A stretch of DNA of 64,000 bases, taken from the NCBI GenBank assembly GCA_010909165.1, contig MU008202.1, forward strand, positions 1 through 64,000. The letters run 5' to 3'. This document shows positions 35,322-49,401 of the stretch, in pieces. The first letter of the stretch is position 1; every line of letters starts with the position of its first letter. The translations under genes and the position numbers were made by a program. A model generated the notes under the pieces. The model had not been told where the DNA came from and ran no database searches. It was given only the letters and a program-made list of their open reading frames with translations. This DNA comes from Anthoceros angustus. Lineage: Eukaryota; Plantae; Anthocerotophyta.

Positions 35322-38300
35322 ATGGCCTTTGCGGGGCGGGCATTGGCCGTCGGGAGGCGGGGCTGTCGGTGGGGATCGATGCAGGTCCCGCCGTGGCGTC
35401 CTTCGGGGTTGCCATCCCCAGCCTGCTTCTGCTGGCAGAGGCCCGGGGTGGGCATCCACGGGAGCGGCATGGCGGAGCAGTCCAAGAAGGGGCACCCGCA
35501 GTCCGTGCCTCTGAGCAAGCTCTCGGACAGCTTCATGGACGGGACCAGCAGCGTGTTTCTGGAGGAGCTGCAGAGGACGTGGGAGAAGGACCCGGGGAGC
35601 GTGGACGCGTCCTGGGACATTTTCTTCCGGAATTTCACGGGGCAGGGGAGGGCGGGGGTTGCGGTGTCGGCGGCGTCGGCGTCGGGGCAGAGCATCCAGG
35701 AGAGCATGAACCTGCTGCTGCTGGTGCGGGCGTACCAGTTCAGCGGGCACAACAAGGCGAACCTGGACCCGCTAGGGTTAACCAAGATGCATGCAGGGAT
35801 GGTGGATTTGGATCCGGCGCAGTACGGGTTCAAGCCGGGGGATCTGAACAGGGAGTTCTTCCTCGGGGTTTGGCGGATGTCCGGGTTTTTGTCGGAGAAC
35901 AGGCCGATGCAGAGCCTCAAGGACATTCTGGCGAAGCTGGAGCAGGCATACTGCGGCAGCATAGGGTTTGAGTACATGCACATCCCGGACCGGGAGCGAT
36001 GCAACTGGCTGCGGGAGAGGATCGAGGTGCAGGTCCCGGTGAAGTACTCTCGGGAGCGGAAGGCGGACATCCTGGATCGGCTCATGTGGGGCACCAGCTT
36101 CGAGAATTTCATCGCCCAGAAGTGGACGGCGGCAAAGCGATTTGGGCTGGAGGGATGCGAGACGCTCATTCCCGGGATGAAGGAGCTCATAGACAGGGCA
36201 GCGGACAGAGGCGTGGAGAGCATTGTGATCGGGATGCCGCACCGGGGGCGGCTCAATGTGCTGGGGAACGTGGTGCGGAAGCCGCTGCGGCACATTTTCA
36301 GCGAGTTCGGGGCCGGGATCAAGCCGGCCGCAGTGGAGGCCGGGGATTACACCGGGAGCGGGGACGTCAAGTACCATCTGGGGACGTCCTACGACAGGCC
36401 CACCAAGAGCGGGAAGCGGATTCACCTCTCGCTGGTGGCCAACCCTAGCCATCTGGAGGCTGTGAGCCCTGTGGTGATCGGGAAGACCAGGGCCAAGCAA
36501 TACTACGGCAGGGACAAGCAGCGGCTGAAGCACATGGCTGTGCTGCTGCATGGGGACGGGAGTTTCTCCGGCCAGGGCGTGGTGTACGAGACCTTCCATC
36601 TCAGCGACCTGCCCAGCTACACCACCGGCGGGACTGTGCACATCGTGGTGAACAATCAGGTGGCTTTCACCACCGATCCCAAGTACAGCCGCTCCTCGCC
36701 CTACTGCACCGACGTTGCTAAGGCTCTCAACGCTCCCATCTTCCATGTTAACGGCGACGACGTGGAGGCTGTGGTGCGTGCCTGCGAGCTGGCCGCCGAC
36801 TGGCGGTGCCAGTTCCACTCCGATGTGGTGGTGGACATTGTTTGCTACCGCAGGTACCTAATAATCTCTACGTCGCTTTCCTAGCCGTCATCACCCACAA
36901 AACCAATGCATCTCGCACACACTGACTGTCTTGGCTCAAAGATCACTTCTCAGGTCATGGACAGGCATTTTCTCAAGATGTTGATTGCTCTTGCCTTGAA
37001 AGCGTGAAGGGCCACCCTTGCTCACTCTGCTGCATCTTAGGTTTGGACACAATGAGATTGATGAGCCGGCCTTCACTCAGCCTACGATGTATCAGGTGCG
37101 TGTGTACTCGTGATGATTGTGAAGAGGACATGACAATCAAGATTCTCTCTCAACTGCAACAACTGCTTGCTGCTTTCCACAGGTGATCAAGAACCATAAG
37201 CCGGCCCTGGACATTTATGTGAAGAAGCTCACGGAATCTGGGGAAATGTCGAAGAGCGACATTGAGAAGATGCAAGACAAGGTTATGGCCATTCTCAATG
37301 ACGAGTTCAACAACAGCAAGAACTACCTTTCCAAGACTCGGGACTGGCTGGCAGCCTACTGGTCGGGATTCAAGGGCCCTGAGCAGCTGTCTCGGATCAA
37401 GAACACTGGGTAGGATTCTCCACTCTTCTCCTTCACAAGCCTTTCTGCTCACTCTTCTTACCAAGCTGTGCACGTGTTCTAGAGCTGAGCATGATTTCTT
37501 GGTTCAGAGTGAAACCCGAGGTTCTGAAAAGCGTGGGCCAGCAAATTTCGAAGCTGCCTGCCACTTTCACACCTCACAGAGCCATTAAGAAAGTGTATGA
37601 ACAACGTGCACAGATGGCTCAAACTGGAGAAGGGGTGGACTGGGCTTTTGGAGAAGCACTGGCTTTTGGGACCTTGCTGACGGAAGGTAATCATGTGCGA
37701 CTTAGTGGCCAGGATGTAGAACGGGGTACTTTCAGTCACAGGCATGCAGTGGTGCATGATCAAAAAACGGGCCAGAAATATTGTTCTCTTGTCAACGTTG
37801 TGGACAAGCAAGACCCTGAGATGTTCACAGTCTGCAACAGGTCAGCACTTGCCACTGTCCTGCTAGGCACATGAGATGTTGCTTCTTCTCTGATTGAGAA
37901 TGTGCTGCAGTTCTCTTTCCGAGTTTGGAGTGCTGGGCTTCGAGTTGGGCTACTCTATGGAGAACCCCAACTCGCTTGTTCTTTGGGAAGCACAGTTTGG
38001 TGACTTTTCCAACACTGCTCAGGTGATATTCGACCAGTTTCTCAGCAGTGGAGAGACCAAGTGGTTACGGCAGAGCGGCTTGGTAATTCTGCTTCCTCAT
38101 GGCTACGATGGTCAGGGTCCAGAACACTCCAGCGCAAGATTGGAGCGTTTTCTACAGGTACTCAACGGCGCAATGGCCCTGCTTAATTGAAGCCATATTT
38201 CTGATGACAAAACACGTGTGTGTGCGCAGATGTGTGATGACAACCCACTTGTCATTCCTGAAATGGAGCCAGCCATGCGGAAGCAGATTCAAGAGTGCAA

Positions 38301-39228
38301 CTGGCAAGTTGCAAATGTGACAACTCCTGCCAACTACTTCCATCTTCTTCGTCGACAGGCAAGCTAGCCACAACTCCCCCGGGCTGTCCTCATAGTTGTA
38401 CAACTGCTCAATATTCTCTGATTCGCCATCTTCATTCACGCAGATTCATCGCGAATTCAGGAAGCCTTTGATTGTCATGTCACCAAAAAACCTGCTCCGA
38501 CATCAAGGGTGCAAGTCGAACCTTACAGAGTTTGATGATGTAGCAGGCCATACTGGATTCGACAAGCAGGGAACACGATTCAAACGCCTGATCAAAGACC
38601 AAAATGATCATTCTGATAGCATGCCAAGCATCCGCCGGCTTGTGCTGTGCTCTGGCAAGGTGAATGCTGCAATCTTTGGTTGTTGTATTTCCACAACAGA
38701 ATACTCATACCTCATAATCAGTGCCCTAAACTATGTTACCCACCAGATCTACTATGAACTGGACGAGGAAAGGAAACGAGTGAATGCAAAGGACGTTGCC
38801 ATCTGTCGTGTGGAGCAGCTTAGCCCCTTCCCATACGACCTCATCCAGCGGGAGCTCAAAAGATACAACAGTGAGCCTGACACACCCGTCCTCCTAATCA
38901 GTCTGGACATACACGTCACAGATACAACCTTTGGGAAGAAAGTGCAACTCCCTGAACTCCTCCTGACCTTTCTTCTGCTTCACACACAGATGCAGAAGTG
39001 GTGTGGTGCCAGGAAGAGCCCATGAACATGGGATCGTACAGCTACGTCGCTCCTCGCCTGGCAACAGCCATGACTGCCTTAAACCGAGGAAACTTTGAGG
39101 ATGTGAAGTACGTTGGCAGAGCTCCAGCCGCGGCCACAGCTACCGGGTTTGGAGCTACTCACACCAAGGAGCAGAAAGGCCTCGTTGAGATGGCCCTGCA
39201 GTCTGCTGCCATCAAGTCTCCCCGGTAA
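35322..39228 (+). CDS. OGDH: Mitochondrial 2-oxoglutarate dehydrogenase E1
   Basis: '[20 protein letters not shown]', '[11 protein letters not shown]', 'NPSHLEA', '[12 protein letters not shown]', 'WEAQFGDF', 'QEEPMNMG'; multi-exon. Confidence 0.97.
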
Positions 39229-40021
39229 TAAGGCAACCGTAAGTTCGAATTTAACATCTCAAACTCAGATTGATGGGCAAACCTCACACACTGAGCCTCA
39301 CTGAGCTTGTGAGTTGGCTCTCAACAGTCGGAGTTCGAGCACTTCCGTTCATGTTGCAAAAGACAAGACGCGAAACAAAAAACAAAAAGATTCAGGGTAC
39401 TGGGCAGAGTGCACAGACCAAGGCATGCGACAGAAACCGGTTGTGCGCAGGCAGGAGGAGGAAGCCTGCCGTGTGGAGCTAAAGAGCAAAGGGAGCAATG
39501 CATGGAAACCACGCAAAGGGACCACTAAGAGGGAGAAGGCCCAAGGCTCCACTGCTGGAAAGAACAAAAGCTCAGGAAAGAACGCAGCAGGTGGGTCAAA
39601 GTCAGGCCAAGGTGCAAAAGGAGCACAATTGAGGCGGAATTCATGGAGGCCTCCCGCATTAGCCCAAGGCAGCAGCGACGCTTTGGGGCCCTTCGGGTAC
39701 CTCCTCGGAGGCACCAGGAAGAAGGATATTGAGAGTCGTAGGGCAACAGCTATCTACAACCCCGTCAGGTGGTGGAAGGGACCTCCTCACACGGCGTGAC
39801 GGAAAGCAGCCAACGGATTTCATACATAGACGGAAAAAAAGAATATCAAGTACTGCACCAAATCCAGCAATGAGAAATCCAAGGAAACAGAACAACAACG
39901 GGGCCGAGGGAAAATTGCTCAAGGCCTCAGATTACAGACTTCCTCTACAATAGGAATTGGTGCAAAATCCCAAAGGGTTCCTAGGTTTCAAAAGTCCCGA
40001 GGACACAAAAGTGACCTAAGC

Positions 40022-41050
<1,029 letters not shown>

Positions 41051-41237
41051 GGTGGCGAGAGCGCTCGCTCACCTCCAGCTGACGGCGAGTCTCGGCTTGA
41101 AAAGGGATTACAATGTCTTCAACCCTGGAAATATAGGGCTCCCCTAGCCAGCACATATAGGGTTGCTGAGAGCGTATCGAAATGTACATCTCGGAAACCT
41201 AAACCGGCAAGTATCGTTTAGGGTTTCTTGTTTAGGA

Positions 41238-42236
41238 ATGTTCGGTAGAAGAGCTCCACGCGCGCGTCCTCGAAAGGTTGTAGAGGCGAAGCGAAGACCT
41301 GCCGGGAGGAAAGGGCGCGCCCGTCGAATGCCATGGAGCTTGGGACGGCTGATGTGGTGGAGTCTTTGTGCGAGGGACAGTCTTTTCTGGCAGGAAACCA
41401 CCATGCCTTGCATGAGCCTCTGCAAGCCGATACGAAATGGCAGCAATCGGATGAGGAGTCCAACTCTCGCAAGAGGCTGTCAGCATCGAGCTGGGTATGT
41501 CTTGAGGATCGGAGCGGGCCTGGGACGTGGAATCATTTGCAAGAGCTGGTTAAGGATGTGATGCTTTCGCATCATGTGTTCTTGCAACAAGCGCGCGTTT
41601 TCCGACATTGTGACAGTTCAACGACGGCTCAGGCCGGGAGTAATCATGGAGAAGTTTAACAATCTGATGCTGGAAAATTTGAAGGTGGATGCAGGGATGG
41701 TCACGATTGCCCTTGCTCTGTCGGGCCAGCTGCTGCTGATTGTTCTGAGCAAGAGGAGAGTCAGGCGGTTCAGGCAGGCACAGAAAGGGACGCTGTGGGT
41801 TCATAGTCTTGAGCAAGGTGTTGCCCCTTCCACCAGGATTGTGTATGAGGAGCCTGAAATTCAGTCGGTATCAAGCTACGACGATGGATCTGGCTTGCGC
41901 GCTGCTTTCGGAGAGGAACCAGGGCCCAACCAAGCGAGCTCCTCCTCTACCTACAACTTACCACACACGGACCCAAATAATGATATGTCACAGGTGGACA
42001 GGGACGAGCACGAAAGAATGTACACGTTTCTGCATGACTCTATGACACTGGCAGAGAGGGTGAAGGCCAGAATGAGGATGAGAGAAGGCTTTCGCCGGGC
42101 GATTTCCATGCGACACGGAGCGTTTGAAAGATTTACTCAGGGGTTTTCCGTTTTGCTGATATGCCTCATGTTCATCTGGTCGTGGCACTATCATGGTTAT
42201 TTCTTCGAAAGCGAGTTGTTTCACCACCGAGACTGA
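41238..42236 (+). CDS. Hypothetical membrane protein, divergent from RPS8
   Basis: 220-codon ORF at 41574-42236 with two hydrophobic stretches. The 5' exon and start are uncertain. Confidence 0.4.
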
Positions 42237-42299
42237 CAACTGCTTTGTTCAAAGTTGTCGAACTTCGAGATCGCCATTGGTTAGAGCAGATCAGAGTGT

Positions 42300-43060
42300 C
42301 GAAAGGCAGTAGCTTAGTTGCGATGTTACAGGATTTTCACCTGACCGTTATTGGGCTTTGAGAAATTTCTCTCTGTGGAAACTGTCTTCGTAAGTCGGAA
42401 GATGTGAAGCCTGCTTTGAGATGGAGGAAGGAGGTGTTCAGGAGTTGTCCGGAAGAATCTCATTTGCAACGGTGCTGAATATATCGCCAGCAAACTGTGC
42501 GGGGTGGTTTCGCGCAAGGTGCATGGCGAACACCTCATTTTCCTCCATGCTCTGGCTGACAGAGGCAAGGTTCGGAAAAATGTAGGCCAGCAGTAATTAT
42601 TCTGTGGTTTTTCAAGTAGCCAACATCTAGTGATGTTAACCACGAATCCTTGGCAATTTTCTACTCGTCAATAGTTGAATTTATGCCAGGTGCAAGACTA
42701 CCAGATGGGAAATCTTGCTCTGAGGTATTGAAGAAGCATGGCAAATGTGATATGGGGTTGTCATGCTACTATGCCGAAGACTCGAGGTGCCTTGCCATCT
42801 ACGATCTGATTCTTATGGGTGCACCACATTGCATTCTAGGTCGAGGACCTTCTGAGAGGACACCTGCGTCGCCAGCGTCAGGGGATTTCAGAATTCGCTG
42901 TTCTCTCTACGGGGTCGAAGAAGTTGTGAAGACTGCTTCTGTGGTGATTTCTTCTTTGACCTTGCAAGGGTTATTAGGATTGTGTGAGCCAGGGTCAATG
43001 AAGCTTGATGTGCTAGGCACTCAAAGGCAGCGTCCTGCTTACGTGTCTGTGAATGAATGA
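42300..43060 (+). pseudogene. Possible degenerate PPR remnant
   Basis: Weak words 'RISFATVLN' and 'HGKC' only. Confidence 0.25.
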
Positions 43061-43563
43061 AGTTAGCTCGTGGATGCATCATAACAAGAGATGCAGGTAC
43101 GAGTTTGCTAGTATCCAAGTATTGACGAAGCAGCACCATTTTCCATAAAGAGAGAGCACAAACACCCGAGGCAAATTTATTAGCACATGTCCTTCGTTAG
43201 CCGGATTTGATTGTGAACCGGGCCTACTTCGTTTCCTGTGTCCCTCAACAAGTTCATTCGTTTGGAGCTGTTTTGGACAAAGCAGCTCAAAGCGCTGATC
43301 ACGAGATGCCAACAGTAGGCTCCGAGATATCAACGGCTGACGCAGCCCACCTTGTGCTGGAGAAAGTGGTAAGGGGTAACAGACAACTCTCCACAGTTTA
43401 CTTCCGATCCACAACTCTCCACAATTCTGACAGATATTCAAATAGTATTCCTGTACAGGTGGAGATTTCCCCCAGACCCTGACGTATCCCAACAACTACA
43501 TATGTAAAGCCCGAAGGTAGCTTTCAGAGCTTGTGACTTAAGGTCTACCTCCTTCCGCAAGAT

Positions 43564-44246
43564 TCAAGAAAACCAGCCGTGGTGCTTCTTCTCGTGATAT
43601 TCATACTCGCTGATGGTCCCATCCGCCTTCTTCTTCTCGTGATGCTCGTACAGAGCGAATCCGGCAGACCCTGCAGCAGCAGCAGCGGCCGCCTCTGCCT
43701 CCAGCTTGTGCCGTGCAGCGTGTGCAGGATCAGAGCTCTCCCTGTGATGCTCATACTGCCAACAATTTCAACACAAGGAAGTGAGCGGGCAATCAATCAG
43801 ATGGCAAAATCCACCCTCGCCCGCAACAGATACACATCATACAGATCACAACTTACCAGACCAAACGCTCCTGCAGCCAGAGCGCCAAACTCCCCAACAT
43901 GCTCCTCTTTCTTGTGCCTCCTCTCCTCCTCTCTAGCTGCCTCTAGGTGCTCCAGCCTCTGCTCTTCCGCGTACAGCGCGGTCTGCTGGGGAGGAGGGTA
44001 GCCCCCGCCATAGCCAGGCTGCGCGCCATAGCCAGGCTGCGCGCCATAGCCTGCGGGCGGCCCGTACGCCGGGGGAGGATAGCCGTATCCCCCGCCGTAG
44101 CCAGGCGGTGGGGGTGGCACGCCGTAGCCAGCACCCGGTGCGGCATACCCGTATTCCGCCCCAGGAGGAGGAGCAGCAGCATAGCTTCCGTACTCTTCTC
44201 TGTACTCCTCGTGGTGGTGATGCTTGTGGTGGTGGTGCTCTGACAT
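43564..44246 (-). CDS. ASR: ASR protein with Pro/Gly/Tyr-rich N-terminus
   Basis: Exons 44246-43857 and 43755-43564. 'HKKEEHVGEFGALAAGAFGL|YEHHRESSDPAHAARHKLE..GFALYEHHEKK..KKHHGWFS'. Confidence 0.92.
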
Positions 44247-44675
44247 GATTGTAAGCCTTAGCACAGAGCTCCCAGCTGCGAGCAAAGTATGATATCACAG
44301 CGCACCGATCTGGAGACGAGGTGAACGCTCCACACGACACAGAGGAAGGAACTCGCTGGTTCTAAATAGCCGAAGACTGGTGTTCTAGAAGCAGGAGTGG
44401 AGTCCCTTTGTAGTTGTACCCAACGCGGGGCAACGCGCTGGAAAGACCGGCTTCATCTGGTCACTAATGGAAGGAGGGGTGGAAACGGAAGCCGGGCGAG
44501 ACATTACCTGTTCGCTCGGATGTCGCCGGATCGGCATGTTCCATTACAATTACGAATCTTCCAGCTCCCACAGTGTGGACATTGAAAAGTTGAAAAACTC
44601 CCAGTCAGGCAGAGTGGGACGTAGACGTTCTTTTGAATTATACAAAAACCTACAGCTATCACACTTGTTCAACCA

Positions 44676-44756
44676 GCAGCTTTGGCCGAGTGGTTAAGGC
44701 GTGTGCCTGCTAAGTACATGGGTTCGCCCGCGAGAGTTCGAATCTCTCAGGCTGCG
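44676..44756 (+). tRNA. tRNA-Ser (anticodon GCT)
   Basis: Full cloverleaf: acceptor GCAGCTT/AGGCTGC, D-loop AGTGGTTAA, anticodon arm TGTGC-CTGCTAA-GTACA, long variable arm, TTCGAAT T-loop. TTTT follows at 44775-44778. Confidence 0.95.
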
Positions 44757-46361
44757 AGAGAAAGTTGGTGGTCCTTTTCAAAACCAGTGGTGCTTCTTTT
44801 CGTGACCCTCATCTCGCTTCTCGTCTCGCTCCGCCTCCTTGTATTCATGACGCTCGTAAGCTCCGTAACCGGCGGAGCCAGCGGCAGCGGCCGCGGCCAC
44901 CTCCTCCTCGCGCTTGTGTCGTCGAGCGTGCTCCGGGTCGGAACCTTCCTCGTGATGCTCATACTGCGGGGCAAGGCACCATCAGCAAACCACACAATAA
45001 TGCCTCGCCCACGGTTCAAACCCAACAGCGACGCTTACCAGACCGAAGGCTCCAGCACCCAGCGCGCCGAGCTCGCCCAGGCGCTCGTCCTTCTTGTGCT
45101 TCTCCTCCTCAGTTCGGTCCCTTTCCAGGCCCTGCGTCCTGTCGTACGCTTCCGGGTACATTCCACCTTGCTGCTCCCCGTAGCCGCCGCCGGCGCTGGC
45201 CTGCTGCTGCTGCTGCCCGCCATAGCCGCCTGGCTGCCCGCCTGGCTGCGATTCGTACCCGTAGGCTGGTGCAGGCTGCGCGCCGTACCCCTGGCCCTCC
45301 GATGCCGAGTACCTGTCAGGATTCTCCATCACGTCCTCCCGATGGTGGTGGTGGTGGTGCTGCTGATGCTCAGACATTCTGCTTGCTTTGACGTCTCCCT
45401 GATCTTCACAATGCCACAGAACACGATTCCGCGAGTGTGAGCTCCCAACGTGCAGAATGTTCAATTTAGAGGCCGCCGTGAACGCGCTGGGCTGTTTCCC
45501 TCGTGACACCAAACGCACACATGTTGAACGCTAAGCGCAAGCGCATGCTTTCATCTGCAGTGCAGCTCAAGTGACTAGGACTGCAGCTGCTCCCCGGCTA
45601 GTCAGTACCCCCGCCAAATGTGAGACCTTTCTCGCCCTTCCACGTTCCTCAACATCGCTCCCTCATCCGGAGTCCTCCAATGTTGAAGAGGGACTCCTTC
45701 CACAAGTCAATCGTCACCTCGGTTAATTTGAACTTCATCCTCATCTCCTATTTTCATTGCCATTCAGCGATGCGTTTTACAAAATTTGGACCAAAAGAGC
45801 AGTACCTCTTGCACTAGTTGAATAGCTAATCGGAGAGGAACACAAGCAACACAACAAAGAAATGAAATCTACTAATTAAGACTGCAATTTCGTCCTGCAC
45901 TTGTACCTCTGGGAATAAATTAAGCATTATTATTAAAAGATTTAAACAAAATTAAAATTATTATATGAGTAATATTAAAAATAACTTATTTATCATGAAT
46001 TATATAAAATAATTTAAGAAAATATTTTTATAATTTATTTTTAATTAAACTTATTGATTTTAAATTGAGATGCTTGAAAACGAATAGAGTAGACAGTATT
46101 AATAGCCAAGAGAAATCCCATGTATCCCTGAAGTCCAAGGAGGAACAACCAAAAAGGACTAATGGTAAAAGAGGAAATCCTAGTCCCTCGAATGCCTATC
46201 CCCTTATATGCTTGAAAAACTAAAAGATCTATGTGCTCCAACTGTTTTGTTTCCATTTCGGAGCGATAGAAAGATGATTTTAAGACTGCTTATTAAGGGG
46301 TGCCAATAATTGAGCAAGACAATCTGAAACGCTAAGCATTGTGCGATCATAAGTAGTGCTG
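44696..46361. repeat. Segmental duplication, copy 1 (3' part of tRNA + ASR + promoter)
   Basis: Near-identical to 48710-50525 apart from indels. Confidence 0.9.
44778..45377 (-). CDS. ASR: ASR protein with Gly/Gln/Tyr-rich N-terminus
   Basis: Exons 45377-45039 and 44963-44778. 'HKKDERLGELGALGAGAFGL|YEHHEEGSDPEHARRHKREEEVAAAAAAG..KKHHWF'. Confidence 0.92.
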
Positions 46362-46449
46362 TCATGCTTGCTGTGCAGCGGGATCACAGAGACTTCTGGG
46401 GGTTGCACATAAACATCTCTATTGAGTGATTCTGTTGATCTGTCTGCAG

Positions 46450-47830
46450 GTCAAGCAAATGCTACTGGATTAGAAAGCACTGGTATCCTTCGTCATGCAG
46501 AAGTGACCAGCCGCCAGACGTTCACCACGCTGCAAGGTGAAGGACAAGGTCTTAAAGTTTGTAGCTTGGAAGCTCAGATCATGACAAAAGCCTTTCAGAT
46601 GCACAACATGGCGGTATGGTAATCGACTTAGGAAAGCAGATGCTTTTAGGCTTACCTGGCAAAATCTGTGACATGCATCTTCCAAGGAACCACATTTCAG
46701 GACATGCCCACGAGGGAGCTCCCAATAAACGCATCATACTCAAAGCCTGTTTCACGACTGTCCGAGTATAGCTGCCTGCCTTGCTGCAAAGCTCCAACAC
46801 TGACACATGCTTTCAAGAGGCACAAGGATTTGACACGATCAGCTGGTTAGATATCCTCATTTGCATCACAGCATGAAGTACTCCCAGTCTGCAGTCCCAA
46901 ACCCACCTTCCTGTCGAGTATATACCGTAAAACTGAGGCAGTCCAAGTGACTACCTTCGTTTCAGCAAGCCCATCAAACTAACTGCCTCTGTGCATCCAT
47001 GAGACTGCCAAACCTCTCTTACTTGTCTCCCAAGCACCATCAGATACGAGTCCCCGGCCTCTGAGCTATGAGTGGAGCTGCTTTCCATCTCTCTAATGCT
47101 GAGACGGCCACATTTGCACATGCCAGCAAGAAGCAGACAATTGTCACATAGCCATGCCTTTAGATTACATGGCACTGTGAGGGTTAAGGGCTTTCTGGCC
47201 TATGCCCCCTCCTGAGCATAACCTCCTCCCATCTTAACATCCCGACTCACCACATTCTTCTAACTAAGCCTGTCAAATACAACATCTGATCATCCTTGAG
47301 ATTCGCAAACTTTGCATACATGTCAGATTCAAGCTACCACCCACAACTGTGCCAAATTCAAGTCCCTGGTTCTTGACTAGTGAATGAAACTGCTCTCCCT
47401 TCCGTATTATTGGAACACCCACAATTGCACATTCCTGCAACATGCAGACAAATGGCACCGATCGAATCTGAAGGAGCCACGGCCCTCCGTTTGCAGCGCG
47501 CAAAAAATGGTAAGGGCACGAACTCCTGCTTAACATACCCAGCTTCTATCCTGGTATAGCAGGTCACCTCGCAACACATGGACTGCTATACCACTCACAA
47601 TCACATCCGCTTCAAGAGCCCAGTCTTTGAGCTATAACTTAAGCTGCTTTCTCTTATTCACACTTGCACATGCCTGGAAGCTTAAGAGGGAGGCATCCAA
47701 ACAGCCAGGCCCTGCTCCTGACCTCCTGAAAAGGTAAGGTCTGGATGTGCTTGGCCCGTGTCTTTTGCTGAGCCAAACCTGCTATCATGGCAATCCATAC
47801 CACCACATCCTTCTCACAAAATCTGCCATA
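46450..47830 (-). pseudogene. Decayed PLS-PPR gene
   Basis: 'FVCMLQECAIVGVPIIRKGEQFHSLVKNQGLEFGTVVGGSL' and DMYAK-like words across several frames with stops. Confidence 0.7.
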
Positions 47831-47869
47831 CACTATCGACAGTAAGACAGTAAGTTGCTCTCACCAGCG

Positions 47870-48200
47870 CCCATGGTCACTGACGTAGAGCTTGTTCAGA
47901 ACAAGTGTGCTAAATTATCGTGCCGTGGGACGATGGGTTTTTGCAGGGACTTAACGATTCTGGATTTCATGGAAGTTGTGACCTCGGCTTCGTCAGATGT
48001 GGTCAAGCAACCCCTGCTCATGCCCCCCGTTGTCACCAGTAATGCTGCTACACTAGGTGAAGTCATTCCTCTTCTTTCCCTAGAGAGGATTCACCGTATT
48101 TACGTTGTTGACGAGAGAAAAAAGGGTGACGGGAGTAGGTCATCACTTTGAGAAACATCATCTCATGTTTCGTGTCCCAGTCGGACAGCAGCTACAATGT
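47870..48200 (+). pseudogene. CBS-domain gene fragment (frameshifted)
   Basis: 'LTILDFMEVVTS..TLGEVIPLLSLERIHRIYVVDE', continuing after a frameshift as 'VITLRNIISCFV'. No 5' part found. Confidence 0.65.
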
Positions 48201-48709
48201 ACAGGTTATTGATTTCCATGAGATAGTGCATAAGGAGTTCAAATTGATGCTGCAAGCAGATCCCTAGGACAACTTTGCAGATTTCAGTAGCTGTCTACAA
48301 CAGTCAAAGAAAAACCTTGAGCAAATCTATGCCCTAAGTTCCTTATTGCATTGTATGTACGATGAGCTCCGTCTGCCCCTGCTGGAAGCCGGAAGCAGAA
48401 AGGTTCCCAGCTGGACGCAAAAAGTGTGAGACTGTGTGACCAAGAGCCTCTGCGTGCGTGCTTCAATTACGTACAACCTACTGGTGAGCAGAGGCAGTCG
48501 TGCAGTCGTGGTGACACTGTTCCGCAGGTGAGTTAGAGCTCATGCGCAAAAGTGAATATGTGCAAGATGAGTAGTTCGGCAGAGCTATGTCGGCAGTACA
48601 CCTTCCTCCTGCCATGCCTCCCAAGGCGGACCAGGCTCGACCCGCTCGGCCACCTGAGCATAGTGGTCCTTTCACCCTTTCGCGGGGATTAAGACTCTTG
48701 AGGTTGTTC

Positions 48710-48774
48710 AAGGCGTGTGCCTGCTAAGTATGTACATGGGTTCGCCCGCGGGAGTTGGAATCTCTCAGGCTGCG
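48710..48774 (+). pseudogene. tRNA-Ser(GCT) pseudogene
   Basis: Lacks the 5' acceptor strand and most of the D arm. Has a 4-nt insertion in the anticodon arm and TTCG>TTGG in the T-loop. Confidence 0.85.
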
Positions 48775-48798
48775 TCAACACGAGATCGGAGACATTTT

Positions 48799-49401
48799 TC
48801 AAAACCAGTGGTGCTTCTTTTCGTGCCCCTCATCCCTCCTCTCGTCTCGTTCTCGTTCTCGTTCCGCGACTTTGTATTCGTGACGCTCGTAGGCCCCATA
48901 ACCGGCGGAGCCAGCGGCAGCGGCCGCGGCCACCTCCTCCTCGCGCTTGTGTCGTCGAGCGTGCTCCGGGTCGGAACCTTCCTCGTGATGTTCATACTGC
49001 GGGGCAAGGCACCATCAGCCAACCACACAATAATGCCTCGCCGACGGTTCCATTCCAACAGCGACGCTTACCAGACCGAAGGCTGCAGCACCCAGCGCGC
49101 CGAGCTCGCCCAGGCGCTCGTCCCTCCTGTGCTTCGCCTCCTCAGTTCGGTCTCTTTCCAGGCCCTGCGTCCTGTCGTAGCCTTCCGGATACATTCCACC
49201 TTGCTGCTCCCCGTAGCCGTGGCCGGCGCCGGCCTGCTGCTTCTGCTGCCCGCCATAGCCATAGCCTGGCTGCGATTCGTACCCGAAGGCTGGTGCAGGC
49301 TGGGCACCGTACCCCTGGCCCTCCGATGCCGAGTACCTGTCAGGATTCTCCATCACGTCCTCCCGATGGTGATGGTGGTGGTGGTGCTGATGCTCAGACA
49401 T
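48799..49401 (-). CDS. ASR: ASR protein, recent paralogue of 44778-45377
   Basis: Same two-exon structure; ORF intact with in-frame indels. Confidence 0.92.

Noticed and set aside
34970-36818. 450-aa and 346-aa minus-strand ORFs
   Set aside because: Antisense shadows of the GC-rich OGDH exon 1.
39565-39592. miR390-like AAGCTCAGGA word and a possible miRNA hairpin nearby
   Set aside because: Only ~10 nt match, and the surrounding arms do not pair.
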